A DNA stretch of 60,256 nt, counting the filler, from Sphacelaria rigidula (Eukaryota), in assembly GCA_964200075.2 (NCBI GenBank). It is 8 parts of 8 records of this genome, joined end to end, with 100 filler letters (N's around TTAATTAATTAA, not from the genome) between each part and the next. Parts side by side here need not be neighbours in the genome. Positions count along the whole stretch, not along the records: positions 7,546 to 14,990 come from CAXNAA020014888.1; positions 15,091 to 22,535 come from CAXNAA020014889.1; positions 22,636 to 30,080 come from CAXNAA020014890.1; 5 more parts are not named here. The stretch is one strand, 5' to 3'. Positions 11,346 to 24,239 of this stretch are shown one piece after another. Below the pieces are notes generated by a model. The model was not told the origin of the DNA, ran no database searches, and saw only the letters and a list, made by a program, of their open reading frames with translations. Every line of letters starts with the position of its first letter. The stretch's first letter is position 1. The position numbers and the translations under genes were made by a program.

Positions 11346-14199
11346 GTGAGCTTTCTCCTGACATCCCGTGCACATTCCCAGATTCAGGCACTGACTGTAG
11401 CTTGACTGTAGTGTTGCTGTATATTCCGTACCGTCCTTACCCTACTGCCTCCACGATGGATGGGATGGTACATACACACACAAACACACACATGTCTAAT
11501 TGCGGTGGTGTCTAATTGCAGTGGATAACGCCCGTGAATCTCTCGCATTTTTTCGTTTGAAATAGACGCTTTACCCTCCAGGCTATTTTAGTACTGACTT
11601 CACAATGTTGTGAATAGCGGACGCGTTCTTGCAGATTTGATTTGATTGATTGGTTGATTGTCGCGCTTCAACTGATGCCGCAGGGCCGTGTCATTCGATA
11701 GGCGTACCCCCGACGAAACAAATCTGAAACACTTTTAGAAGAATAATGAAGAAAATCAGCAAGAAGGTAAAACAGACGAGCAGAGAACATGTACACAACG
11801 GCAAGAAATCAATGATAGGATCACCTCTGACCTTTGTTTCCTACCACCTGGTCGCCAATGCCGTGCAGTACACTGCGCTACCCCTGCACTATTTGTACAT
11901 CCAGTCATGATGCGCTAGATCCCACTCGCACTTGATCCTTGCACAGCCAGAGTACAGTAGTGGGTCACCTGCTGAATCGGCATCAGTCTCACTTGAAATA
12001 AGTAAGCGTGATGCAGACGAACTACCCTCCTCCGGTCCAAGGGTTGATACTTGAGTGGAGGCAAGATATTCATTCCTCCTACTCGTACATGAAGGAACCC
12101 GCTCGTGGGGGATAACTCGCATCAGATATTGAACGGTCAGTGCACTAGACGGATCTTGACCTGCCTTCATGTATGAAACATTGCAGTATTTTAGTACTTG
12201 TAGAGTCTGCCTGCCCCTGCGCAGGTGGAGTACGTATCCGCGCCAAGTGCATTGACAACATTCACGGATGAATGAAACCCTTGAATCATGTTCACACTGC
12301 TGTCACATTCGGATCCTTGGGCGGCTGGCCGCACCAGGTTCGCGCCAAAATGCGCAGGACGTTTTTCCTAGAAAATCGGTGCCTAGCTCCGCCAACGTAC
12401 ACTTTGCCTCGGTTACCGTGTGCACAACCTTTGGCTGAGGGTTCTAGATCTGCCCTGCGTTGGAGGTGGGGATGTCGTAGGTTTAGAGGATTGAAAAGAA
12501 CAAAACATGTCCAGCCATGGATTTTTTATCGCCAGTGAGTGCTGATGTGCACGTTCCTCCCCTATACGAAAGTCGAAGGCTGCTGTCTTCGTACTGTATG
12601 GTGGTGGTATCCACTTAACAGTTACAGCGTCCGTGGCCTGCTTCGGCTCCTAACAATCCCGTGGAGGGTGGCAATACTCTAGACGAGGAGGATCGTAGCA
12701 AGACACTTGAGCGATAACAAATTTCCCCCTCTGACCAAAAGGGTGACCACAGCCGGACATGGTTGAGAAATCGAGCTGGGGTTTTGTTGCAATCTTGAGT
12801 CTTGCTTCTGTTTGTGCTAAGCTTACAGCGAACGGAATGGCTGCGCCGCGCGCGGCCTCGTATCCTGCTAGCGTTACCGTCGGTGCTTTCAACTAGTTGC
12901 TGGAGATGCACACGCGGTTGCAGAGCAGCTACAGAGTGCGACAGATGTTAAGAAACTCTTATTTTGAGCGAAGCTCGGGTCTCATGTTCCCTCCGATTCG
13001 AGCATAAATGCTGGAATCCAAATTATTTTTGTTCGAAGAGATGCAAAACGCCTAATGCCTAATTTTGAGGTTCTTATTTTGCACAGGCATCCAATACAGC
13101 ATTTCCCCCCCCTTAGCCTGCCTTAGCGATTGTCAAGAGTCATGTCTGGCGCATTGCATATATCACTCATACTATATCTCACTACTAATAGATTTTCATG
13201 ATGTGACGAAGCTCTCCCGGACTGCAGGGATAAAAGTTCATGTAACCCACCTCCGACGACCACAAAAATTCTGTACTGTAGCACTGTAATACTGTAGCCA
13301 GAACAGCCACTCAATGGACATGTTCTATATTACGCGCACTGGGCGTCGATACCCTCCCCCCTGCTACTGACTGCCGGGTTTCCGGCCTGTTTCGGGATCT
13401 CCGCGCTGGCTGTTCTGCCCGCCCCTTCCGACCGCACCCCCCCTCTGCTATTTGTGAGTAGGCTCTAGTAACACCCCTTGCCAAAAGGGACTGTAGGTAC
13501 AGTACTGTACCGTGCGCCAGCATTTAGTACGTAAACCAGTCTTGTACCGGAAGACAAAATGGGAACAAGGTACAGTACAGTACTCTACGAGTTTCGTAAA
13601 GATTGTCATTACCCATGGGGTGGCCCAGTGGAGATCAATGTTGTTTGCTAGAGAGGAGGCAGCTTGCTTGGGGGCCTAGCGTACCCATGGTAGTGATGAA
13701 GGCAGTTTCTTGTTTTCGTGAGGTACAATACATCCTTGCAGTTTCTTACCTGCCGACCCCCTTGCACTTTCCGGTTTCTATTTCTTATTTCCCGCCTTGA
13801 GTTCAGTCTAAATTCTTACCCGTAGTTTCTTCACTTTCTCAAGAAACGAGCCCGAGATTCTCAATTAACAAGTTCTTAACTTCTATCGCGCTCTGTACTG
13901 GTGGGTGTGCCAATATCCCGGGGAGAGGGCGTGAGCTCTGTGCAGGCCTAGCCCACCCGGACCCCTTTGTTGGCACTGAAGGGGTTGATCCCTCGACAGT
14001 TGGGGTCAGGGCCTCAAGAAGTCTGGAGGCTCGGTCTGCGCTTGCGCAGCCCAGAGCCAAAGGCAGTATGCGGCCCTTCGCAAGGCCCCCCCCGAGGGCA
14101 CGCCCCCTCTCCGGAGGGGCCGCGCGGAGCGGAAAAGTTTGAGATTTTCCCTGTCAAAACACCCACACATTAGTGAAGATGAAAAAAGAACCCCCCCCC

Positions 14200-14400
14200 A
14201 CAAAACAAAACGCCTCCGGTGAAGAAAAAGGGCCCCAAAAAATATGGTCGCCTCCGGCGAAAAAGGTCGCAGATTTTTTTCCACCTTCAGCCAAATGACT
14301 GCGGCCCGAAAAAAAAGCTCCGGCAAGCCACAGATGAGCCCGCCGGCACTCGGCGCTGCGCGCAGATTTTCCTAAATATCTGCGCTGCCCCAGCGCCGCG
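14200..14400 (+). repeat. Dispersed repeat related to the interior of the element at 43171-43898
   Basis: Shares TCGCCTCCGGCGAAA and GCGCTGCGCGCA..TTT.CCTAAATATCTG with ~43505-43675. Confidence 0.6.
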
Positions 14401-14619
14401 TGCCCTTTCTGAGACTCTGGTTGGGGTTGGCCATCTCTTGAATTGGCACTATTTTCACTCAAGGAATGAATCGAAGGCATGGATAACCTACACTGGTGAT
14501 CAAACATGCCGTCAACCCTTGGTCGGCGAGAGCAGGTAATGTCTTGAATCCAGTAGAGTTCGCGGGAGTTGGGCTACAAATGTTCATGGTTGATATTACT
14601 TTATTCGAGTGTGAACAAC

Positions 14620-14790
14620 GAGAACGGGAATTTTAGTGGGACTGTGCGCAGAACGCGTTTTCGTTCAAATCGGCACCACAGGCGCCGCTTTTGGGTCCAC
14701 CAAGGTCGCACTTTGCCACGGGAATGTATGTGCCTTGCCCGAGGGTTTTCGGTAGTCGTTGGGTTGGGGTTAGGGTTAACGCTTAGAGAG
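14620..14790 (+). repeat. Dispersed repeat with telomere-like (TTAGGG) end
   Basis: Ends ...TTGCCCGAGGGTTTTCGGTA...GGGTTGGGGTTAGGGTTA; four copies on two contigs. Confidence 0.7.
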
Positions 14791-14990
14791 CGTAGCCGCG
14801 GAACAGTTGTACAGGCTGACAGCTCCAAGATATCCGGAGGTTTTCAGAGCTTGGTGGGGGGGGGGGGATTGAGGGTCTCCGCGGAGCATCGGAGAGGCTC
14901 ACGGAGTCAACCATGTGTGTTTGAAAGTTTCCCGTGGAAAATTATGAGCCGTGCACGAGGCCCGAGAGACGCGGGATGACCATTCTGACC

Positions 14991-15090
14991 NNNNNNNNNN
15001 NNNNNNNNNNNNNNNNNNNNNNNNNNNNNNNNNNTTAATTAATTAANNNNNNNNNNNNNNNNNNNNNNNNNNNNNNNNNNNNNNNNNNNN
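14991..15090. other. Artificial contig spacer
   Basis: 44 N + TTAATTAATTAA + 44 N. Confidence 0.99.
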
Positions 15091-15499
15091 CGTGCAGATC
15101 TGGGTTCCAACCTGTACAAAACTGCTTGTCGATAGGACTCAGGGCTGGTCGTTATGGGGCCAATCCCCAGTCAAAAGGGCATTGTGAAAAAGGGGATCAT
15201 CCCCTTCGTTAAGACAGGCCCTTACGCCGTCTGCAAGTTGCACCAGCTTGTAATTCGTCAACACAAGAAAGGAGCGGCCCGCCGAGACCGGCCCTTCGAA
15301 CAAGCACCTATCACGGATGTCTTCGCGGTTGCTTGGGTGTAAGATTCCTCCCCCGTCCTCGTGGCGCGGTAAACGATCGAGGGCGACGGGCAGATCGAGT
15401 CAGTAGACCGGGTGGAGTCCTCTGTTTCGAGTAGAGGCCAGTTGACCACTTGGTCAATCGACCCTTCAACGAAATATCGCGGAAACATGTTGTCTCGAA

Positions 15500-15665
15500 C
15501 TAACCCTAACCCTAACCCCAACCCCATCCGCAGTCACACCGAGAACCCTCGGGCGAGGGGGGTGCACAGGGTGCTCTAGGCAAAGTGTGTGCGGGCAGAC
15601 CTCAAATCGGCGCCCGTCGACTTGAACGAAGACGTGCTCTGCGCAAAGCTGGGAACAATTGGGGC
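15500..15665 (-). repeat. Dispersed repeat with telomere-like end (reverse copy)
   Basis: CTAACCCTAACCCTAACCCC followed by the reverse complement of the 14620/18790 family body. Confidence 0.7.
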
Positions 15666-16959
15666 CGTCAGCTCCTCCACAGATCCCAATGTCGGTGTCT
15701 ACAGTCAAGCCAAGCGATGAAATGCCGGGAACGTTCTTGTCGGCCATGTAGTGAAATCTACTGGTTGAGTGCGCACTTATAATGTAAGTCATACAGGCAA
15801 CGGGGGGCGTGTACCTCATTCAGAATACCCGATAAAAGGTACTCCGTGTATGCAAATTCAGTACTGGGGTATATGCAGGAAGCCTTCGAAGTAGTGCGAC
15901 GAACTGGGCGCCTTGTTGGTGAGGTACGGATGCTCATCCGTGTACCGTGTTCACCCAAGGCAGGCCTCTGTAATACGTTTGCCGTTTTTGCTTGGTTGTG
16001 CCGTCAAGACAGGCTGCTTGTTGCTGCTGCTGTTATTCGCGCATAAAAAAAAACACTTCGCACGAAGTAGGAAGCATTCATTCCTCTCACCATTATCAAC
16101 TCCCACTCCTCGACCTCGTCAAGAACCTCGATCTTAGACGCACGCCGCACCTCCTCACGATCCAAGAAGCACTGCCCGGAAGTTACCCAGATGCAACAAG
16201 CACCCGGTACACGAAACGGCACGAGGGATCAACCATGAGACAAAAAATACGCAACGGAAAAAAAATAAATGCCCCGTACTGTACCAATCACAGATGGCGT
16301 CTCAGAAGATGAAAAAATAATATGAACAATTATTTCAACGCAACCAATATCAGGAGCCGGCCGAAGACGGGGATTCTCCAATGCCGTTCTACATGTATTT
16401 GTCATGTGCCGGCGGTGCTGCGATGCGATGACGTGTTGCTTACTGAAGGACAAACACCCTCTCCGAACGCCTGAGTCAAGACGATACGGCAATCTCTATC
16501 GCTATCGGTGGGTCTGAGAGCGCACGATTGACCGTGCGTCTGCGTTGTCGCTGATAAACGCTGAACATGCGAGTGAACGTAAGACGACTTTGCCCCAAAA
16601 CCATGAAAAAAATAAATATATATATATACAAGGATCGGACGGGGCCGCCAATAAGCGGCCCCGTCCTCCACGATAGGCGAGAAGAGGAATTGATTCAATT
16701 AGGGAGATGGCAAAGGTAATGACTCCTACCAAGAGGTTGAGCCAGATGTCTGATGTGTGTAACGGTTATGAAGTCGTGTTATATGTGATGAGTAGAAGAA
16801 TATCCGGCATAGGTGTGAGATGATTGGAATTAAGGAACGCGAACGTTGAGAGCGCGGAATGGTGGATGATACACACTGAATTTTGAAGATCGTTTCAAAA
16901 TTGTGGAGAACGCGGAACACCCGAATGTGTCATAGACAATAACGGTGTTTTCGTGAGAT

Positions 16960-17410
16960 TAAGAGTAGGGGATGCGATTGAGGGTGGAAAGCGGTCAATT
17001 AGTAAATTAATCGTTTCAGTTCAGAAATGTCTCTCCACGAGGCCCGATATGCTTTCTGGAGTAGCTTGCCACTGAAGCCCTTGATATCCCTGAGTAGGAT
17101 ATCGACGTGTAGTAGTAGGCACATCCCATTGATACAGGCAAAAAAACACACTCAGAATGAAAAATGGCCAACTTAACCCCTTGGGGACCGGACTCCCCGA
17201 AACGTGGTGTTTACACACAGGAGCTTTTTCTGTGAATCGGTATCATTTTTACTTGGAAACGACCGAAAATGACCCCGATTCACAAAAAAAAACCTGCGTG
17301 CAAACACCGTATTTCTGGGCATCCGGTCCCAAAAGGATTAAAGGGGACGATGAAAACCACTCTCGATCAGCGATCTACTCTCAACCTCATGAACACACTG
17401 TTTAATGCGT
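16960..17410 (+). repeat. Dispersed repeat family, this copy interrupted by a piggyBac-like MITE
   Basis: Aligns with 17748-18030 and 56945-57102 (GAAAG/AAAAGCGGTCAATTAGT...GAAATG...AGTAGGAT.TCGA.GTGTAG). Confidence 0.75.
17177..17337. mobile_element. piggyBac-like non-autonomous MITE
   Basis: TTAA on both sides (17173-17176, 17338-17341); imperfect TIRs CCCCTTGGGGACCGGA / TCCGGTCCCAAAAGGA; the paralogous host copy near 17960 lacks the insert. Confidence 0.75.
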
Positions 17411-18235
17411 TCTGAAAAAAAAAAAAAAAGCTGAAACACGGAGAAAAAAGTGGATTTGTTCTCCAACAGTAGGAGTTTGCTCAGAAATTGATATATTGCT
17501 CACGAAAGCGCAACATCTCTATGTGCAACAGCTGGTTGAAATTCGCTGTAACACATACATCTTGAACATTCGATATTTAACGGGAGAAAAGCTATGTTTC
17601 TTAGGTACGAAAAAAGGACGCGACTTCATTTACTGCGGTCATGTCGGACCACATGGACGAAATCCCCCCGCGAGAAAAAATTCTGATGAAAAGACGTTTT
17701 TCCCAAAAAAAACTGCTTGCAAACAACTGCACAAAGTCAAGATATTGAGAGTAGTAGAGGATACGATTGACAGTGAAAAGCGGTCAATTAGTTAATCATT
17801 CGTTTCAGTTCCGAAATGCCCCTGCACGAGGCCCGATACGCTTTCTGTAGTAGCTTGGCGCTGAGGCCCTTGGTACCCTCGAGTAGGATCTCGAGGTGTA
17901 GCTGTGAGCACAGGTCAGTAATGGAGGCAAATAAAAGCACACACGGAATGAAAAAAATGGCCAAGTCAAAGCGAATGATCAAAGCCGCTCTCAATCAGCG
18001 CTCTACCCTCAATTTCACGGGAACGTTGTTGAAAGTAAAGGCACACCAGGAAACTTTCGCGAAACAACCTGTGTCGCACCCCCAATATGTATCTCGCTTA
18101 CGAAGAAACAATGTTTTCACGTACAAAGTGGAAGGTGAAATTATCCCTCAGAATTTGCGTATCAACCTCTACCTATACACCGACAATGCACGAAGAAAGC
18201 TCAACCGAGGACGTCCATTGAGAAATCGCATTTAA

Positions 18236-19525
18236 GGAACACAGAAAGACCTACCAAAAAAGCGCTGTGTGGAAGTCTACAAACGGGTACCAACAAATAA
18301 TAATAGGTGAACGGTGATAAAAACATTCCATTACCTGATCAACCTCACGTTATTATATATTTTGCGCAATACAGTCATACATATTATTAGACATACACCG
18401 CGACATGGTCGAAAGAAAACTCTAGCCCGAAGGGAACAGAGGGGCTCTTCTTGCGATCTGATTACTCCTATATTTATCGGGAATGTATATGTAAAGTTGA
18501 AAATTCTGTTTTTCAGAATGAAAGTGTCAGATCAAACATCGTGATTCTGCGTATTGCATATTACGCGCATACTCTCAGGCACTGACAGCTTGGGTCGAAG
18601 GTCGAATCTCGCCCTCGTCGAAGGTGAACGATGATGGAGAAAATCGGCCGATAAATTCACCGAACCCCGACCCCCAGGCAGTAGACCTTACAAAGTGTAC
18701 GTGAACAATGGTTGGCACTCGATGTTACTTGATTTCAGACTGAAGAAAGTTCTGAGAAAATTCATGGTCTGGGGTAGGTGAGCGGTGGTGAGCAGTAGGC
18801 CCAGCTCGTCCAGAACGTATTTTGGTCCCAAATCGGCTGTAAGGCGTCGATTTGAGCTCTGGCAACGCACGCTTTGCCGACGGAACACCTTGCACCCCCC
18901 TTGCCCGAGGGTTTTCGGTATGCCTTGGTTGGGGTTAGGGTCAGCGTTAGGGTTGGCGGCATCTCCACAGCACCAACCATTGTTTCCGTGCATTTCCTCA
19001 TACCCCCTTACCCCATGACATAGACAATAAAATTCGGCTCCATAATACACCGAGACGCGGCAAATCGGCTGTTAAATTCACCGAGCCCCGAATCCCGGGA
19101 AATCGAATCTAAGAAACACAGAAAGGCCAACGAAAAGCACCGTGCGGAAGTCTACAAACAGGCAACACCAAATAGATGGACGGTGGCGGAGAAAACGTTG
19201 CACTACCCGATCAACCTCACGGTGTTTTGTGTTTAGGGCAATACCGTCACACGTATGAAATATGAACAGCAACATGGCCGAAAGAAAACTCTAGCCCGAA
19301 CGGAACAGAGACGCTCTTATTGCGTAGTGGCGTATCCTGTATTCATCCTGTATGCATATGAAGTTGAATCTTTTTCAGAATCAAATTCTCGTTTTTCAGA
19401 ATGAAAGTGTCAGATCCACCATCAGGGTTCCGCGTATTGCCTAGTATGCGCTTACTTTCAGGCACTGACTGCTTGGGTCGAAGGTCGAATCTCGCCCTCG
19501 TCGAAGGTGAACGATGATGGGAAAA
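18236..19525 (+). repeat. Diverged ~410-bp direct repeat pair (18236-18645, 19113-19525)
   Basis: Clear alignment over the whole unit, ending in an identical 50-bp block. Confidence 0.8.
18790..18956 (+). repeat. Dispersed repeat with telomere-like (TTAGGG) end
   Basis: TTGCCCGAGGGTTTTCGGTATGCCTTGGTTGGGGTTAGGGTCAGCGTTAGGGTT. Confidence 0.7.
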
Positions 19526-21284
19526 CATTGCTCTGTCCCATCAAGCTTTCGAAAATGGAAAATGTCGCAGGGTGACGTCGAACCGAAGGGGTTTGTGAAG
19601 TGTACTGTTTTACGAGTAGGCCTAATTGTCCCGCTTGCACGGGAGCGTCCACACGTAATCTTAGTTAGACATATATATATATATATATGGTAAAGGTCTC
19701 GACTGTTGAGGACGCCATTTATATAAAACAATGATATGTGACACACTCGACAACTTATCGCCAGGAACAACTCGGACGAGCTTGTTCAAGCCGTTCTCTC
19801 GAGTCCCCCCATTGATAGCACCGATACCAAACCGGAAAACACGGGACAAACGATTGAGCAGAGTTTGTAGTCAAACCCACAGTTGACTTAACCCTTCAAG
19901 CATTGGCGATGGGAAAGTGTGGATTTCGAGGTGCTGTTTTTTACGGCATATACGGTTGATGTTTACCAGCTTCCGCGCAAAAGTATTTGCTCGCCCGACG
20001 CGTGTTTTTTCAGACCGACGAGAGTGAAAAGTGTAAATAATAATAAAAAAAAAGCTTACCTCTTCTTGACTGTGGCGGAGCCAAACCAACTCTCCCATCT
20101 ATGGTGAGGGAATATCCGTTTGCTCGGCCATACGACTGTGTTTGTATGATCTGGTTTGGTACGCTTGCCACATGCTAGAGGGGCACAACCCCCGGCATGC
20201 AGCCCAGCAATGCGGTGTGTCACCCGTATAAGATTGCACCCAATCTGATTAGCAGACGTTGTACATGGAAAATAAAAACCAATGATGCCGATTTCTGTTG
20301 GTATGGAGTTCAGGGACGAAAGTGCTAATTTTGGCTGTGCACCAAGTTGTACTCACTTGACCGTTGCGTGCCCTGCTGAACAAAACTAATCCAACCGCGC
20401 CGAGGTGACATTTTAGGTGCGTGCATGACGCATGGCGCATGATGGTGGATTCTTGTGCGGCCTTCCGCCGCAGGTGGTTGCCGTCGTGTTTTTTGTTCCA
20501 ATATTTTCTTCATCAGGGCTTGGAAATAATGAGGCGTCTAACCCGGGGACGGAAGGGGAGGATTCCCGGAAGAATAATAAGGCCCCTAAAAAAGTGGCTT
20601 TGCTGAGATTCGAATCAAGTCGGAGGCGGCTGCATCCACCACAAGGCGTTGGGTTCAAAGGGTGCATCTTCAAACCGGCCAGAGCGGAGTTTACAGCTGA
20701 AATCCCGGCAGATGACAACATCTTGTTCTACGGGGTGTTAATAACGAGGCGTTTTACGTTCGGGATTATTTTACTTTTGCCGAAAACTTGGATTTCTTCT
20801 CTCAAGACAGATCGATTGATAAAACATTCCGGCGACACGTTTTTGGATAAATGTTTCGTCAGTCAGTCTCCTGTCCATCTATTGTTGGACATGGTCAATC
20901 AAACCTGCTGTCGTACTTTTCGGATAAACGTTTCTTTCCTCAACAAAATAGGAGATTACGGAGGGAAAACAAACAGACCCGTTGACAATAACCCCGAGGA
21001 GCATCTAAGGTCGATCTACAATAATAACCTCCAGGGAGTGAGTGAGTGATTGAGTGAGTGTGTGAGTGGCGAAACATTTCTTTCACGAAAGTCGACGCGA
21101 TGGGAGAGTACCCGATCCAATCCGCCGAACCGATCACCCTGTCCGCCGTATTTTGTTTGGTATGTCCCGTGCGAGAGGCCGCTTGACCGCCGATAGAAAA
21201 AATGAGAATGGAGCACGTCATTGAGAAAGACACCACGGAGACAAAAAAAATCGTGTCACCAATTCTCCGAGATATGGCTTGCAT

Positions 21285-21622
21285 TCCTTCACCTACTGGT
21301 TGCTACTGACGAGTACTACACACCACACAAGTTTGAATTCCGATAACCCGAAATTTGGGGGTCCTAGACGGAAATTCAACTGTGGGGAATTTAGGTAATC
21401 AAAACGCATCACCTGATTTCCCCAGAATTGTTTTTTCACGTAGGACCCCAGAAGTTTGGTTGTTGGGATCCAAATTTTCATGGCGTGTAGAAGCTATCAA
21501 TAGCCATCAGTAGGTGTAGGAATGCAACAATTCGGAGAATCGGCGTGGATACAAAAGTTCGATTTTTCTGGGTTTTCGCCTTCGACGAAAAGCTCCGTCC
21601 TCATTTTTTTTCATCCGCTGCT
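21285..21622. mobile_element. Partial foldback element (family also at 23317-24062 and 49379-49810)
   Basis: Internal inverted symmetry around GGGGTCCTAG...TAGGACCCC and similarity to the other two copies. Confidence 0.65.
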
Positions 21623-21624
21623 AA

Positions 21625-22094
21625 GGCTACTTCTTATGTATCGAAAGGTAAAAGTTGTTGGAGAGTGCTTTTTTGGCCCTTCTCCGTCGTTTTTGACCCC
21701 AAAAGAGGGCTAGGCGGATGTGGACACCTTGGAATGACTTGCTCTACTCGCTGAGACGGTTTCAGAGCATCTGTGCGTTTTCCGTAGGTCACAGTTTCGT
21801 TCTTGGCCAAAAATGCATTTTCAATAACAAACGGTCGATATTTTGAAAAAATGGCAGTTTTCCCCATGTTTTTCGATAAGTTGACCGGTTGTTTTTGAAA
21901 ATGCATGTTTGGCCAAGAACGAAACTGTGATCTACAGAAAACGCGAAGGTGCTCTGGAACGGTCTCAGCGAGTAGAGCAAGTGATTCCAAGGTGTCCACA
22001 TCCGCCTAGCCCTCTTTAGGGGGCAAAAACGACGGAGAAGGGCCAAAAACACACTTTTCAACAAGATTCATGTTTTTATACATAAGAAGTAGCC
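21625..22094. mobile_element. Foldback MITE with ~220-bp TIRs, possibly PIF/Harbinger (Tourist-like)
   Basis: Termini GGCTACTTCTTATGTAT / ATACATAAGAAGTAGCC; arms complementary almost to the centre; flanks TAA / TGA resemble a 3-bp TWA-type TSD with one mismatch. Confidence 0.8.
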
Positions 22095-22535
22095 TGAAAC
22101 CAGATTGTTGCAAGCAGGAGGGAATAATATCAAATTCTAGACGTCAAATATGTATATTCGTTACCGATGCGCTCCGCAACTTGACTTCGCGATAATAAAA
22201 CCGGAGGGCGAGAAAGGATCGCATATATGAACCATGATCCTTAACTATAAGCGTGCCCCCCAAATTTCACAATGATGTCCCTTAACTACTCCATCCCGCC
22301 CCCCACGAGACTTTTCTTTGACCTCTGGCTCGTGACTCTCCTGTTTACCTACAGGCTGGGCCGCCTAAGAAGCGGACTTTCCTTCAGCCGGTTCTAACTG
22401 ATGACCTATCGCAAGTTGTGCCTACTATGACACATCGTGGTAATCTGCAAATCAACGCGCGTCTTTCACTTTACGTGGCACTGCGAGCTTACAAGTACCC
22501 ATCAAACGAAATTCCAAACTGCAGTCAGCTGCGAA

Positions 22536-22635
22536 NNNNNNNNNNNNNNNNNNNNNNNNNNNNNNNNNNNNNNNNNNNNTTAATTAATTAANNNNNNNNN
22601 NNNNNNNNNNNNNNNNNNNNNNNNNNNNNNNNNNN
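22536..22635. other. Artificial contig spacer
   Basis: 44 N + TTAATTAATTAA + 44 N. Confidence 0.99.
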
Positions 22636-22904
22636 ATTACGCGTGGTTCAGGGCCCATCGGGGGTGAAGATTCAACCTGTACAACTTGTTGGTCCCGCAC
22701 TAGCCCGAAAATGAGAAACATGTACGGGTGCTCACCTCAAACAAGTTGGTCAAGCAAGTTGCACATGACGTTCCCGACTCATCATAATAAGAGGTGCGTG
22801 ACGTGTACAATCGATGCACCCAATTTTTCAGTGCAGGGTCGACTGTGTGCCCATTATTTACCCCGGTAGTCATGGAAGGTATTAAGCGAGTACCTTCGGG
22901 GGTT

Positions 22905-23141
22905 GACACTTCCTACGATAGCCCCCCCCCCAAAACCAGCCCAAAAGTGTCCATACCGCGCCTGATGTTTGGGTTCAGGCTGCATGAAGCGCCTCATATT
23001 AGCAACAATGGCGAGAACGAGCCAAAGCGTGGGAATTCCCAGCTGCTCGTTGTGCTCGGCTCTTCCCACTTCGACTCACCTGAAGATTTCGCCTCCAAAA
23101 ACCATGCACTTTTCTGGGGGGGGGCTATCGTAGAAAGTGTC
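22905..23141. mobile_element. MITE family A (TIR GACACTTTCTACGATAGCCCC), 4-bp TSD GGTT
   Basis: TIRs at both ends, GGTT at 22901-22904 and 23142-23145; second copy in opposite orientation at 31836-32088. Confidence 0.9.
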
Positions 23142-23316
23142 GGTTATACTGCTCCAACCGCAAGGAGGGTAACCAAAGCCAATAAGACGGCCAACAGTAG
23201 CACGCATGTCAAACCGGGATTTCACAACCTGATGATGGAGTTTTCTCCAAGGAGAGATCCTCGGGAACCCTTAAACAGGCCGGTTCAGGGTGAATGCCCA
23301 AGATGTATTCCTCACT

Positions 23317-24062
23317 GAACAGCCGTTCATCGAACTTGAGGATGGAGCTTTTCATTGAGGATGATGACCCGGGAAAATACAACCTTCGCATCCACTCCAA
23401 TTCTTCGAGATATGGTTTCATTCGTTCATCTGCTAGTAGCTGTTGGCAACAACTACAGGATCACCTGTATTCCCAAGATTTTCTTCTTCACCTAGAACCT
23501 CCGACTTTCGGTTGTCGGAAAAGTCATGCTACAATAGGGGAGGGGGTATTTTGGGCCGTTTTCTTCCACGAAATCCTACTTGAAATCGTCCTTAATAGCA
23601 GCAACGGTTGTTCGAACGCGCTTGCTTCCGATAAATACCGCCCTTTCATTCTGCCTGACACCGATCATACCGAAATACAAGCGCACTGCGAGTGTGTCAG
23701 GTCGTCTCAAGCATCTTCGATGCCCATTTTTTCGTGGAATCAAACACCCTCACCCCATCGTAGCATGATTCGGAATCCATTTTTTTATGGCATGTATTTG
23801 CCATCAATATAATATTGTGTATTCTTATAGGTGATCCGGCTGGATCACCTAAATTCCCCCGAAAATAGTTTCCACCTAGGACCTTCAAATTTCGGTCGTC
23901 GGAATCCATTTTTTCATGACGTGTAGTAGTTGTCAATAGCTATCAGCAGATGAAGTAATGGGACAACATTCCAAACAGTTGGCGTGGATGCGGAGATTTT
24001 AATTTCCCGGGCTATCATCCTCATAAAAAAAACTTCACCCTCAATTTTGATGATCGGCTGTT
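23317..24062. mobile_element. Foldback element hosting a nested MITE
   Basis: Inverted ends AACAGCCG.TCATC / GATGATCGGCTGTT; homologous to 49379-49810; interrupted at 23521-23771. Confidence 0.7.
23521..23771. mobile_element. MITE family B (consensus TIR GAGTCATGCTACGATAGGGG), 4-bp TSD GGAA
   Basis: GGAA at 23517-23520 and 23772-23775; removing the insert restores GTCGGAATCCATTTTT, also seen at ~23897-23914 in the host. Confidence 0.85.
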
Positions 24063-24239
24063 ACTATTATAGAGACAGAACGCAAAACTGACCCGGTATG
24101 AACGTACTTGGTATCATAGTGACCCCCACGAGCGAGCGAACAGTGTGACGTAGTCATACTTTCTTTTGCGTCATTTGCCGTGGCGCTGGTGATGAAAACG
24201 TTTCTCGGCCAATCAGCGACCTCAAACTGTTCTGAATTT

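Noticed and set aside
15500-15525. True telomere or chromosome end
   Set aside because: Only three or four degenerate units, internal to the contig and part of a dispersed repeat.
20432-21049. 205-aa ORF
   Set aside because: No recognisable motif or splice structure; probably decayed TE sequence or a chance ORF.
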